Shown here: positions 51,762-64,000 of the stretch, one piece after another
How the letters are laid out: the number at the start of each line of letters is the position of its first letter
Position numbering within the stretch: position 1 is the stretch's first letter
Origin: Octopus sinensis
Taxonomy: Eukaryota
DNA length: 64,000 nt
Direction: 5' to 3'
NCBI RefSeq assembly: GCF_006345805.1
Contig: NC_043007.1
Span: 57,164,001 to 57,228,000, forward strand
The notes under the pieces: generated by a model
What the model was told of the DNA's origin: nothing
The model's input: the letters and a program-made list of their open reading frames with translations, nothing else
The model's database searches: none
Program-made: the position numbers and the translations under genes

Positions 51762-52175
51762 AATGAGAGTCGGCCTCGGGGGAATTTGAACCCAGAACAT
51801 ATAAAGCCACAGGAAAAGCTGCTAAACAATTTGTCCGTTAGGCTAACCATAGTTGATCGCCTTGGCGCAGCTTCTAAATAAATATCCCTGGCACAATTGA
51901 ACTGATCATGCTCACAATACTAATCACCGGGGTCATCTACATGCCCGAATGACTAGGAAACTCTATTTAACACCTATAATTCGCATTTTTCATTCGAAAC
52001 CCAGCATCCTGCATAAGTAATTGCAGAACTCACAACAAGATCATTACATATTTTATATTCATATACTCTATTCAATACAAATTAGCCCCAAATGCCTGCA
52101 TGCCATGCAACCTTGGACTAATAAACCAACATGCTTTAATTACCATTAAAATCAAGACCACGATAACATAAACCA

Positions 52176-52330
52176 GGCACAGGCGTGGCTGTGTGGTAAG
52201 AAGTTTTCTTCCCAACCACATGGTTCCAGTGTGGAAGATTGCACAAGTGTCTTCTACGATAGCCTCAGGCCGACTAAAGCTCTGTGAGTGGATTTGGCAG
52301 ACGGAAACAGCAAGAAGCCCGTCGTATATA
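52176..52330 (+). mobile_element. SINE family A, 5' half
   Basis: GGCACAGGCGTGGCTGTGTGGTAAG...GACGGAAAC. Confidence 0.8.
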
Positions 52331-53407
52331 CATTGGAGTGACTGTGTTGTAAGAAGCTTGCTTCCCCACTACGCATGTGCAAGTCAGTGTAGTGTTTGGC
52401 ACTGAAACTGTCAAGACGTGCTTTTAAAGCCGTCTTGAATTGAAGAATTTTAAAGCTCCGCTGTAAGGTAAGACTATTGTTTTTTGGGGTCCAGTGGGGG
52501 TTTGTTGTTTGCGGTAATAATTTTTTTTTTTTGTACAAGCAAGAAGTCCTCGCTGGATTCTACACTCTAGTCTGCCTGCAATGTAGTGAATATTTTTTCT
52601 CACTTAAATTGTGAGAATTTTTGTTTGGAGCGTATCGCGCTTCCAAGTTAGTGGTTCACGTTAAGTTAATATTTTTTCTCACTTAATTGTGAGAATTGTT
52701 GCTTGGGGGCGTATCGGGCTTCCTAAAAATTTGTTCACTTTTTGTGAATTTTAAAAATAATTGTGAGAATTGCTGTTTTGGGGGAGTGTCTTTGTCTCCG
52801 AAGATTGAACTACTTGTATACCAGTTTTTGTGGAGGTTATGTTCCAGTTGTGGCGTTCTGGGTTCCACCTTGACCGGGTGTCTGTCTATCTCTCCCTCTC
52901 CTCTTTCTCTTTTCTCTCTCTCTCGTTGCTCACACGTGACCATCGTCCATTTTTCTTTTCCTCACGTTACCATCTTTCTTTTCTTGCACGGACGTTCTAA
53001 TGACTGGACGTCTCCTATCTCTCTTTTCTATCGTTTCTCTTTTCAAAGAAAATATTTCCCCCAGCGTTCCCTATTTCCCCCTCGTTCTGGTCTAACAAAC
53101 CTCCATGTTTGTTTTCGTTCAGTTTCCTTGTATGTCTTCACTGTCCTGATTTTGTTCCAAACTTTGACCTTCCATAAATCCAAAATTTTATTTTGGTATT
53201 TATGGGAGCAACTGTCTTCGAAGACTCATTTTGAGGTTGATTGCTCGAAATGGGGGGTAGATAGGCAGCCGACAACTGATGAAGGGTCGTTTTTTGTATT
53301 CTTTGTATTATTCGACCTGTTTTCTATTTTCTCTCTCGTTGTTTGCGTATTTAACTCATTTGTTTTCGTATTTCATGTTGTTTACTGTTGGTGACGTCAT
53401 GTACCCA

Positions 53408-53450
<43 letters not shown>

Positions 53451-53453
53451 TAT

Positions 53454-53519
<66 letters not shown>

Positions 53520-53554
53520 GTATGTATGTGTGTGTATGTGTGTGTGTGAGTGGG

Positions 53555-54708
53555 TGTATGCATTTATCCCCACCACCGTTTGACAACCGGTGTTGCTGTG
53601 TTTACTTTCCCATCACTTAGCGGTCCGGCAAAAGAGACCACAGGAATAAGTACCAGATTTAAAAGAAAAAGGCACTAAGGTCAATTCGTTCAACTGACAC
53701 TTCTTCGAGGCGGTGCCTCTGCATGGCCTCTGTCTAATGAGTGAATCATGTAAAAAATAAAAGATTAAGATTAAGTTTAACAGCTTAATAATAAGGCCAA
53801 GCTACAATTTATCTTCCATTATACATAGGCGCAGGAGAGGCTATGTGGTAAGTAGCTTGCTTACCAACCAGATGGTTCCGAGTTCAGTCCCACTGCGTGG
53901 CTCCTTGGGTAAGTGTCTTCTACTATAGCCTCGGGCCGACCGAAGCCTTTTGGATTTGGTAGACGGAAACTGAAACAAGTCCGTCATATATATGTATATT
54001 CCCCTCCCCATAAAACTACAACACACAAGCCTTGCACCTCAATAAGAAACTGTTTTTTTTTTCTCTGCCCTAAGGCATTTTTCTAACACGCCAGCTCTAA
54101 GCTTACTCGTCCTGTCGAAAGACGCCTGTCTGCGACGTCCTGTTTTTGTTATTATTGTTTTTACGTATTTTTTATTATTGTTTTTACGTATTTTTGTATT
54201 TTTGTATTCATATTCGTGTAACATCGTCCATTTTTCCGTCTTTGTTTTGTATACATTCGAGGCTTTCTTCCAAGGAATCTAATGCGCTTCGCTTAGATTT
54301 GCCTTGGAGATGGCCGGATTGGAGCAATCTGAAGATTAATCAGCCGAAATTGCGAGGTTGATCCGTTCTTGACTGAAGATTGAAGGCTTCGAACGTCCCG
54401 TCCGTGTTTTTTGTATCGTCTTCTAAATGTTTTGCGTTCTTGTCCCAGTTTGTATTTTTTTACATATATATATATGTATGTGTGTGTATATGTTGTGCAT
54501 CTGTGTTTTTTCCCCCGCCAACATCGCTTGACAACCGATGCTGGTGTGTTTAAATCCCCCGTAACCTAGCCGTTCGGCAAAAGAGACCGATAGAATAAGT
54601 ACTAGGCTTACAAAGAATAAGTCCTGGGGTCGATTTGATTCGACTAAAGGCGGTGCTCTAGCATGGTCACAGTCAAATGACTGAAACAAGTAAACGAATA
54701 AAAGAATA
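53555..54708 (+). mobile_element. Cluster of SINE family A pieces (3' half 53555-53765, 5' half 53828-53990, 3' half 54490-54708)
   Basis: Each piece aligns to 9181-9678. Confidence 0.8.
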
Positions 54709-55145
54709 CTGAGTTATTCTTGTTCGTTTATGCACATGTCTTATATATGTACATTCATGCATTTCTAATATCTCTTTGCATTTATGTATTCTAATTTTCC
54801 CCGTAACTTCGCAGTGTCTGCAATGTTTTCAATGAGAATATTTTTAATTTTCATCCTGATGTTTTCAATTCTATTACGCAAAATCTGTCAGTGCTATAAC
54901 AAATCAACTGTCAACAACTTATTAAGAAACAACTCCCAGACTATTGTCGAATTATTGTTCGATAATTACTAAATGCTTTTTCTTTTCCCTCCCTTCACCC
55001 CCACTGCTTCTTAACCTATACCTAGGTAATTCTTAAACAACTGTTACACAAATATTTAAATATTTTGATTGCATATATTAATTTGTTGAATAATATCCAT
55101 GTATTCCATTTTTATATGTTTTCTGCATGCCATTTGTATATTTAT

Positions 55146-55369
55146 CTTTTACTTGTTTCAGTCATTAGACTGCGGTCGTCCGAGAGCACCGCCTTGAGGA
55201 ATTTTCAGTTGAATAAATTGACTACGGTCTTTTAATATTTAAAGTCTGGTACTTATTCTATCGGTCTCACTTCTCGAAGCGTTCAGTTACAGGGCGCAAA
55301 AGTACCAACATCGATTGTCAAGCAGTGGTGGGGGACAAACATAGGTACAAAGACACGCGCACGCAAACA

Positions 55370-55421
<52 letters not shown>

Positions 55422-55545
55422 ACAACAAGCTATCTTCAATTTCTGTCAAACGAAACCACTCACAAGGCTATGGTCGACCAGAAAATATTGTTGGAGACAC
55501 TTGCGCAAGGTACCATGCTTTGGGACTGAACCTGGAGTTATGTTG
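55146..55545 (-). mobile_element. SINE family A, diverged
   Basis: Reverse-complement homology with a central (CA)n tract. Confidence 0.75.
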
Positions 55546-55921
55546 AGTTATGTATACGTTAATCAAACAACCAAGAAATGTTAAAAAAGATATATATTTC
55601 CATTTAGTTACAGTTCTCTATCGTTACCCATCTACCATTGTTTTCAATTTCGGATTTATTATTTCTATAACTTCCGCACACGCATAATTTTTCATTCCAA
55701 ATTTCTCTATCCGGAACTTTGAATTCCTGCATTTTTACAGTTTTGTTATTTTGTATTTTTGGAAAACAAAAGTAAAAAAAAAAGAAAATATCGATCTGGC
55801 CTGGTATTCATCTGTATGTAGACGTATATAGGGAGAGTTTACAAAACAAACAAAAGACGAAGACAGGTGGTGTACAAAACAAACAGATGTATTTGTATAA
55901 CGCTCAGGAATAGAAAAAGTA

Positions 55922-55956
55922 TTTTACGTTTCGAGCCTACGCTCTTCTACAGAAAG
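55922..55956 (-). ncRNA. Minimal hammerhead-like motif (A6U core)
   Basis: UUU-CUGUAGA-A-GAGC guag GCUC-GAAA-CG-UA/AAA. Confidence 0.55.
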
Positions 55957-56149
55957 GGACACAAAAAAAAAACAAGGAGAGAAACAAGGAGAGAAAAAGG
56001 AGAGAAAAAAGGAGAGAAACGTTTATACTCTGGCTTGATTTCGAAGCATCTGCATGTATGAGTAAGGCTACTGTTACGACGTATACATGAGTTTCCGAAA
56101 AAGCGTATAGATTTAACTGTATGCATAAGCAAAAGTGTGTGCATGCGTA

Positions 56150-56188
<39 letters not shown>

Positions 56189-56487
56189 TGTGTGTGTGGT
56201 GACTGAGTAGTTAGGGCGTTGCATTCATGATCGTAAGATTGTGGTCTCGACTCCTGAACGGAGCGATGTGTTCTGCTCTTGAGCAAAACACTTAACTTCT
56301 GGCAAAAGTGAGTAATCCTGCGACGGATTGATGTCCTGTCCATATAGGGAATATATATGCCACAGAATCCAGGAAACTGTCCCTTATGAGGCTATGGCTC
56401 GGGAAGGAACTTTGATCGTTATATGTATGTATGTATGTATGTATGTGTATGTATGTGTATGTATGTGTATGTATGTATGTATGTATG

Positions 56488-56582
<95 letters not shown>

Positions 56583-56821
56583 CATACATACGTACATACA
56601 AAATATGGAGGTTTAGTTTAAAGGTGATCTAAACGATTAAGTACATTAGTTAAGTGCCGTAACAGAATACTAGGGCTCCAAGGTTATAGCCGAAGCACTA
56701 GTTATGGAGCCATTGCAGATTACCGATATAGCGGGTGTATAATTGTTAAAGAAGTCAACAAACGTTAAGGCAAGGCAAACATCTCAAGTTATATACATTA
56801 TTATTATTGGGAAAGAAATTC

Positions 56822-56878
56822 AAAATCTTACAGCTGTTTCTAGGATATCTCATAGTCTGGGATATTCCGTCAGGTCCT
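56822..56878 (-). ncRNA. Degenerate hammerhead motif, same family as 7438-7481
   Basis: CUGACGG..GAUAUCCUA-GAAA-CAGCUG-UA. Confidence 0.45.
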
Positions 56879-58068
56879 GCGAGTGAAACACTGTCTAAGA
56901 AGCTATTTAGGCAACCTTTACTGAAAATATATACATTGTATTATTCGCGATGGTCTAGATATTCCCAGTCGCTTACCAAAAATAGTGAGCTACAATAGAG
57001 TTATGCACTCAGAACTATAGAATCAGAGCGATTAAGTATTGACTTGGTACACACCAATTTGAATTGTCAGAACACAGCGAGAAAATTTCATCGTTGATGG
57101 AGTGAAATGAATATTACGAATCAATTTTACGCCGTGGTCGACTTTACTTTCCAATATCTCGGGATCGATAAAATAAGTACCCGTTGAGCACTGGAGTCGA
57201 TACAATCGACACACTTCCTCCCCCGAAATTGCTGGCCTTGTGCCAAAATTTGAAACCAATATTACAAAATGATTTATTTTATATTTGATAGCTTAGGGTA
57301 CCGACAACTATCAGGGACAGCGATAGAGACAAAAGTTGCCCCCATCTAGGCTATTGTAATGACTGGTTATAATGAGAAGAAAATGTATGAGAAAACATTG
57401 CAAATGTTTGGAAACACATTTTACATTTACTTAAAAAACAACAGGAAAAGATATCTAGAGCGGATATCTTATTAATTAGCAAAAAATATAATATTAAATT
57501 CATGAGAGATTTCAAATAGAACGAATTGCCATATTTAAATAATTTACTTGGAAAAATAAAAAGACATCTTCTATTAACCTAGGAATGTTTTTCCATCCAA
57601 TCATTCTAAATAAGCAAGAGCGCACACCTCATGTGTCTGTCGTGTCAAGTTGTACTAATCAAAAGTTTGTAATGCAGTTGTTTGCTCTCTCATTGAATAA
57701 TTTTGATCAACTAATAGTAATAACACCGTAATTTGCATAAGAATGACGTCATTATTGCGTTTTCCTTTAAAGCTGAATCAGCCACTTTTATTTTTATTTT
57801 TCGTTATTATTAGTCAACGTTGTCAGAGACGTAAGGTAAGTAGGTCTTTCATTTACCAACGATACTTCACCATTTAACCTTATTTTTTTATTATTTAAAA
57901 AAAAATGTTATATGGTCTTCGCAACAGCGAATATTTTACAGAGAATATTTAATAAGAGAACAAAGAATATTTAACAAAAAATCTCTAATCTAACCGCGTG
58001 CTTAAACCATTGTAGGTGGTGTTTCGTCATGGTTGATTCTATTCTTCGGTTGTTGTCTTCTAAGACAG

Positions 58069-58160
58069 AAATACTGATTATGTAGTCCTTCCATTTGTTG
58101 TTTATGATGGCGTGGAGTTTTGGTTAATGGAAATAGTCAAACCTTTTGATAAACGTCAGG
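58069..58160 (+). CDS. Candidate coding exon
   Basis: gtcttctaagacag|A...CAGG|gtgaga; NTDYVVLPFVVYDGVEFWLMEIVKPFDKRQ(G). Confidence 0.3.
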
Positions 58161-59189
58161 GTGAGACAGAAAAGCATGCCACTCTTACAGTTTCAATGCA
58201 TATGAGCTAGTGAATTAAGGAAGATGGTAACAGTTATGTCTTGTAGCTAATGGTCTACGGATTTTTGCTTTTTAATTACCATTATGGTTTGGACCGAAAC
58301 ATAGCGTGCGTTTACTGATAAATCATTTGTAAACTTGTAAAATGTGAGAGGCTAAAGCTGTACCGTGTACCATAATGTTATGATGATGCCAAACTGATCG
58401 ACCACTATTTTATTCATTGAGATAAATGTTTATCTCTTATGGCTAGCGTCTAACCCTATAAATATAACTGATATCTGCACGCGTATGAATACGATTCGGC
58501 AGCATATTTAAGAAAGACTAGCGGCAGCCTACGCTTGGTTGTTATTCAAGTGAAAGACCACTGATTTGGAGCAATATATCTTGAAAGCAGTGTCGTCAAA
58601 GTATGGCTCTAAAAATGCACTTTACTCAACCGACCAACAGTTCCACCAATCAACGGTCAATGATTGGTACTTTTTCGATCGACTCTGAAAAGATGAAAAT
58701 AGAGTTGACTTAGCAAGATTAGGACTCATAAAACAGGATGTTAGATAAAATATTAGGAGTCATTCAACTCAACGATCTAACAACTCTAAACATACGATTT
58801 ACACACACCATAAACACACACGCGCGCATACACACACACAGACACAGATACTCACATGTATGTATCTATCATTTAATATACACAGTAAATTAGACACGGG
58901 CTACTATTAGTTTCATGCTGTGCAAATACACAATAAACAGGCAAATTTATGTTATGCCCTGTGCTTCCAACCAAGTCTTAAAGCACAAATGCACAACATG
59001 GATGATCTTATTTGAAAAAGCAAGAAAGGAATACAGGGTGTTGTCTTGTTTTCCATTTGTTTCTTTCGTTGTTCGCAAAAAAGTTCGTGTTCCATGTTTT
59101 CGTATTTCATGTTGTTTACGTTTTATGATGTCCTGTAACCATATATGCATATGTATATACATATATTTGTAACTATGTACATATATGTA

Positions 59190-59253
<64 letters not shown>

Positions 59254-59257
<4 letters not shown>

Positions 59258-59366
59258 ACTAGCGGCATCGCATGACCAATATCTATCCATACTCGCAAAA
59301 ATTATTCTTAGCGGTATACTTTTGCGAGTGTGGATAGATATTGGTCAATCGATGCCGCTAGTCGCA
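59254..59366. other. 47-bp imperfect hairpin, 19-nt loop
   Basis: TGCGACTAGCGGCATCG-CA-TGACCAATATCTATCCATACTCGCAAAA pairs with its complement ending at 59366. Confidence 0.9.
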
Positions 59367-59404
59367 GGCATATTTTGAAATACTCGCAAATATATCTTAT
59401 GGAA

Positions 59405-59478
59405 TACTTCTGCTGATGAGAGCAATCTATAAATATTTTGATTTTATTTTAAGCTCGAAATCCTATCGGGTACGGAGT
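59405..59478 (+). ncRNA. Complete type I hammerhead ribozyme
   Basis: CUUCUG-CUGAUGA(59413)-GAGC..GCUC-GAAA-UCC uauc GGG-UA/(59472)CGGAG. Confidence 0.78.
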
Positions 59479-59632
59479 TAACCAACCTTGTCGATTCATT
59501 ATTTTTCTTTTGTTTGCCTACAATACAATGTATTATTCTCGGAGATTTCAAGGTGGTAATTAGGGGCTTTAGCATCTATTTCTTGCAGTGCGTGGTGAGG
59601 TGTAAAGCCGATCCCTTGTTATAATTATGTAA

Positions 59633-59671
<39 letters not shown>

Positions 59672-59674
<3 letters not shown>

Positions 59675-60001
59675 GGTACGTGGTTTAGTGGTTAGGGGCA
59701 TTCGGCTAACGATCGTAAGGTTGTGAGTTCAATTCCCGGCGACGCGTTGTGTCCCTGAGCAAGACACTTTATTTCATGTTGCTCCAGTTCACTCAGCTGG
59801 CAAAAATGAATAGTACCTGTATTTCAAAGGGCCAGCCTTTTCGCTCTGTGTCACGCTGAATCTCCCTGAGAACTACGTTAAGGGTACACGTGTATACACT
59901 TAAAGTGGAATGCTCAACCACTTGCACGTTAATTTCAAGAGCAAGCTGTTCCGTTGATCGTATCAGCTGAGACCCTCGTCGTCATAACCGACGGAGTGCG
60001 G
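59672..60001 (+). mobile_element. tRNA-derived SINE: distinct head plus family-B tail
   Basis: Head with GTGTCCCTGAGCAAGACACTT; tail GTACCTGTATTTCAAAGGGCCAGCC...CCGACGGAGTGC shared with 36810-37188. Confidence 0.82.
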
Positions 60002-60017
60002 CTGTATATTATATATA

Positions 60018-60438
60018 GGCGCAGGTGTGGCTGAGTGGTAAGAAGCTTGCAGCTTGCTTCCTTATCATATAGTTCCGAGTTCAGTCCCACTGCGTGGTAC
60101 TTTAGGCGTCTTCTACTATAGCCTTGGGCCGACCAAAGCCTTGTAAATGGATTTGGTAGACGGAAACTGAAAGAAGCCCGTCGTAAATATATATATATAT
60201 ATTTCTATGTTTATATATTATATATCTGTGTGTGTGTGTGTGTCTTCTTGTCTGTGTTTGTCTCCTATCACTGCTTGACAACTAGTGTTGGTGGGTTTAC
60301 GTCCCTGTAACTTCGAGGTTGAGCGAAAGAGACCGATAGGCTTAACAATATGAGTTATGGGGTGATTGTTCGACCAAAATTCTTCTCGGTGGTGCTCCAG
60401 CATGGCCGCGTTCAAATGGCTGAAACAAGTAAAAGAAT
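60018..60438 (+). mobile_element. SINE family A
   Basis: Full-length homologue of 9181-9678. Confidence 0.85.
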
Positions 60439-60444
60439 ATATAT

Positions 60445-60477
<33 letters not shown>

Positions 60478-60482
60478 CACAC

Positions 60483-60596
<114 letters not shown>

Positions 60597-60639
60597 ATAT
60601 ATATGAAAAAACAAGTAAAAAATAGAAAATGCTAAAATA

Positions 60640-62010
60640 ATTTTATAGTGAACATTTCAGTACCGGTTTCGGTCTTTTGAGACCTTTTCAACTGTAACGA
60701 TTAAATAATTAAATTTAGAAAAATTAGAAGAAAAGTTTTTTTAAAAGAATATTTCTATAGTAGTGTTCAGATTTAAGTGGCATTCTGCCTTTCGCTGACT
60801 CCCTTGTTTGCACTTGTGTGTTCGAGGTAGTTGTGAGCTCTTGGTAGGATAGTAGAGAGAAGGCTGGTGAGGAAAGGGGGGTGGGAGAATCTGGGAGTGC
60901 CCTGATGGTCGTATTTTGAATGGTCAGTGGCGGCTGGCAGTCTCAGTTCAATTCAGGAGAATATTTATATTGACAGGCTTCTTTATAGAATTAGCGTAGG
61001 TGTTATACTAAAAAACATTAGTGACAAACTTAAGGGGTAGGGGGTGGAGAAGAAGAGAAGAAGAAGACGAAGAAGAAGAAGAAGAGAAGAAAGAAGGAGA
61101 AGAGAAGGAGAAGATGACGATGATGGTGATGGTGGTGATGATTATGACGACTGATGATGATGATAACGATGATGATGAAGAAGAAGAAGAAGAAGAAGGA
61201 GGAGAAGGAGAAATGGTGGTGATGATGGTGGCGATGATGATGATGCCGATGATGATGATAACGATGATGAAGAAGAAGAAGAAGGAAGAAGAAGAAGAAG
61301 AAAAAACAGAGAAGGGAGAATATGAATGGGTTGTAAATATAGCTATGAAGGGGTGATTAGTAATGGATTCTATGGAGTGTAGTATTTGTGGTGTATATAT
61401 ATTTTTTTCTTTATTCTAAAGTTGAGGTATATTAATTGTTTGTCGTAGACCCGTTAAGAAGTGCTGTTGTTTTGTATTAAGAGATTTTCTTTACTTATTC
61501 GTTGTCTCGAGGTTGTATCGTCCCTAAATTGGTAGAGGGGGGAAATTCTGAAGTTTGGTGTTTTTTGTTGGCGCAAGTATCTATGTGTTGGCTAAAAGCT
61601 ATTTTTCTGTTTTGGGGAATTTTTATCTGGGATCTGTGCAGGGCCATTCGTTTACGCAAACCATTTTTGTTTGGCCTATGTACTGCTCTTGACACCCGGA
61701 GCAGGTTAGTGAGTATATTAGGTTCTCCGAAGCACATGTGAAGTTGCTTTTCACTGTAAAACGTTGTCCCTGTTTGAAGGAGAACTCAGAACCCTCGATT
61801 AGATAGTCGCATATCCCGCAATTGGGTCTTCCACATTTTTTTACTGTCGGCTTCTGTGTTGAAGAGTGAATTCGGGCTTGTGTAAGGAGACTTTTCATGG
61901 ATCTAGGCTGTCTTTTGCTTTTTATGATCGTGTGTGTTTGGAGGATTGTGTTCATTCTGTGGTCTTTTTTTAGGAGGGGTATGTTGTGGAGGATGGTATA
62001 TATATATATA
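60640..62010 (-). mobile_element. Penelope-like element 3' portion
   Basis: ORF 61623-62066 CGRPNCGICDYL..NFTCASENLIYSLTCSGCQEQYIGQT; same family as 29992-33440; the 3' UTR contains a trinucleotide tract (61040-61330) and an HHR. Confidence 0.9.
60654..60698 (-). ncRNA. Hammerhead ribozyme with compensatory U3:A8 core
   Basis: UUACAG-UUGAAAA-GGUC ucaaaa GACC-GAAA-CCGG-UA/CUGAAA. Confidence 0.68.
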
Positions 62011-62029
62011 GTTATATTTGTGCATAGTC

Positions 62030-62180
62030 GTATTTCGCCTATTAAACACACGTACTTCAGCTTCATTATTATTAATTTTGTTTCTTTGTCAAAATCCTTT
62101 CGTCACACATCCAGTGACCGCTTCAGCAACTCTCTATCTTACGTGTCTCCTTTTGTTCTGCTTATTCCATTTCATATATA
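62030..62180 (-). repeat. Diverged copy of the 3074/5428 pLTR with a decayed HHR
   Basis: CUGAAGC-G-GUCAC uggaugu GUGAC-GAAAG at 62097-62126. Confidence 0.6.
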
Positions 62181-62655
62181 TGTATATGTATGTAGGGATT
62201 GAAGTTTACATATATACATATACACTTCAGGTAGTTATATATCAATTAAGAAATTTTGAATTACAGTAACTCGTTAGTAAGATGCAAAGGAAAAGGGTAT
62301 TTCAAATACAGCCACATCTGCAAAGGCGGTATATTGTATGATTCCATTCCAACGTTACACTTTCCTAATTCTTACTTCATATGTAATACGATTGTTTCTT
62401 TGGTGTTGTCCATGGCGTCCTGTAAACAATCAATACACTTAAAATATGACAGTTTCATAAAAATGACACTCAGCCTCACAAAAGATCATAACGTCGAATA
62501 TTAAATGCAAACTTATTTCTAATTAGAGCAGCGAAAATCAGATATCTAAATGTCAAGTAACATTGTATATTTAACACAATCTTTACACTCACACAAATGC
62601 ATACACACACATATTAATTTATGTATGTATATATAAACACACGCGCACACATATG

Positions 62656-62713
<58 letters not shown>

Positions 62714-64000
62714 TAAAGATACCCATATACACACGCTTAAAAACAACAGTGTATATATATGTGAGTGTGTGTGTATATATATATAGATAAATAGATACAT
62801 ACATACATACAAACATACATAAGGATATAGATATATATGTATATAAGAAAAATATACACACACGCACACACACACACATATATATAGATATTTACTCATA
62901 GACGAAAGAAGGCAGGTGCGATTATTCAAGAAAGTGTGTTCGTATACGGCTTTGTATATTCATGAATAAGTGTGTATATTTAAAATATGTATATGGGTGT
63001 GTGAGTATGCACATATTCTGTCTAGCCTCGCTTTAGCTTATGGTTAAAGTGAAAGCTAGTATATATATATATATCTATATATATATATATATACACATAT
63101 ATAAGTATGTACAAATAGATACGTGGGTCTTGTGCTCAGTTAGATGTGAATGTGTGCGTGTGTGTGTATTTGTGTGTGTGTATTTGTGTGTGAGCATGTG
63201 TGCGTATTTGTGTGTGTGTTTGTAGTGCTGTAAAGCAATACAAAATACAAGAGACAATTGCGTGTGTGGAAGATAGAGACAGATGTGCAGATGTATAGCA
63301 TATGTACTGAAAGGCATATTTACTTAATCGAAATAATACGCACGCACACACACACACACATACGCACACACACACACACACACACACACACCACACACAC
63401 CACACACACACACACACTACACCCTCACATACAGACGCACAAACGCGCAAAGCACACAAATGTATACATACACACAGATATCAATCTATGTCTACAACGA
63501 TGCTGTTATATACATAAACACATATATTCGCTTAATTCTCCAAGTGAAATCATACATACACATACATATACACACAAATACACACACACACAAAACACAC
63601 ATATACACACACATATATATTTGTATATGTGTGAGGCTGTATATGTGTATTTGTATGTGTATGTATATCTGCATATATGTGTTTACGTGTATGTATATGT
63701 ATGATTTCACTTGGAGAATTAAGCGAATAACAGCAGCTTGGTTTTCCAAGCATGGAGAAAGCTTTCACTTAATACATAATTTATGAATTGTTGTAATGAA
63801 GCAAATAAAATTCAATCCGTTATTGTTAGAAAGACTTCTTCGTTTTATACATACATACATACATAGATACATACATACATACATACATACATACATACAT
63901 ACATACATACATACACACATAATATATAAATGTATATACATAAGTATATATATGTATGTATACGTGTGTATATATGCATATATATACATATATATATATA

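Noticed and set aside
58015-58035. VVFRHG histidine-phosphatase motif
   Set aside because: It is immediately followed by TGA and nothing downstream fits the family.

Overview
Eukaryotic, AT-rich, microsatellite-dense and almost entirely non-coding DNA. The SINE and repeat families look like those of an octopod cephalopod (inferred from recognition; no search was run). No complete host gene is visible, only a few weak exon candidates, so the window is probably intronic or intergenic. It contains decayed transposons: four Tc1/mariner relics (DD34D, DD37D, DD41D and a 5' fragment), a Chapaev-like fragment, three R4/Dong-type LINE pieces next to (TAA)n tracts, seven Penelope-like element (PLE) pieces, and many tRNA-derived SINEs. 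The main non-obvious signal is about 17 hammerhead-ribozyme (HHR) or HHR-like motifs from several repeat families. Many lie in outward-pointing arms of fold-back repeats, a PLE pseudo-LTR architecture that also occurs here without any ORF. Several carry non-canonical cores, including a compensatory U3:A8 pair. The best candidates are a complete type I HHR behind a 47-bp hairpin (59254-59478), an HHR with a long stem I (21305-21416), an ORF-less fold-back with two intact HHRs (22745-24200), and a U3:A8 HHR (60654-60698). All structures and coordinates were read by eye, and element boundaries are approximate.
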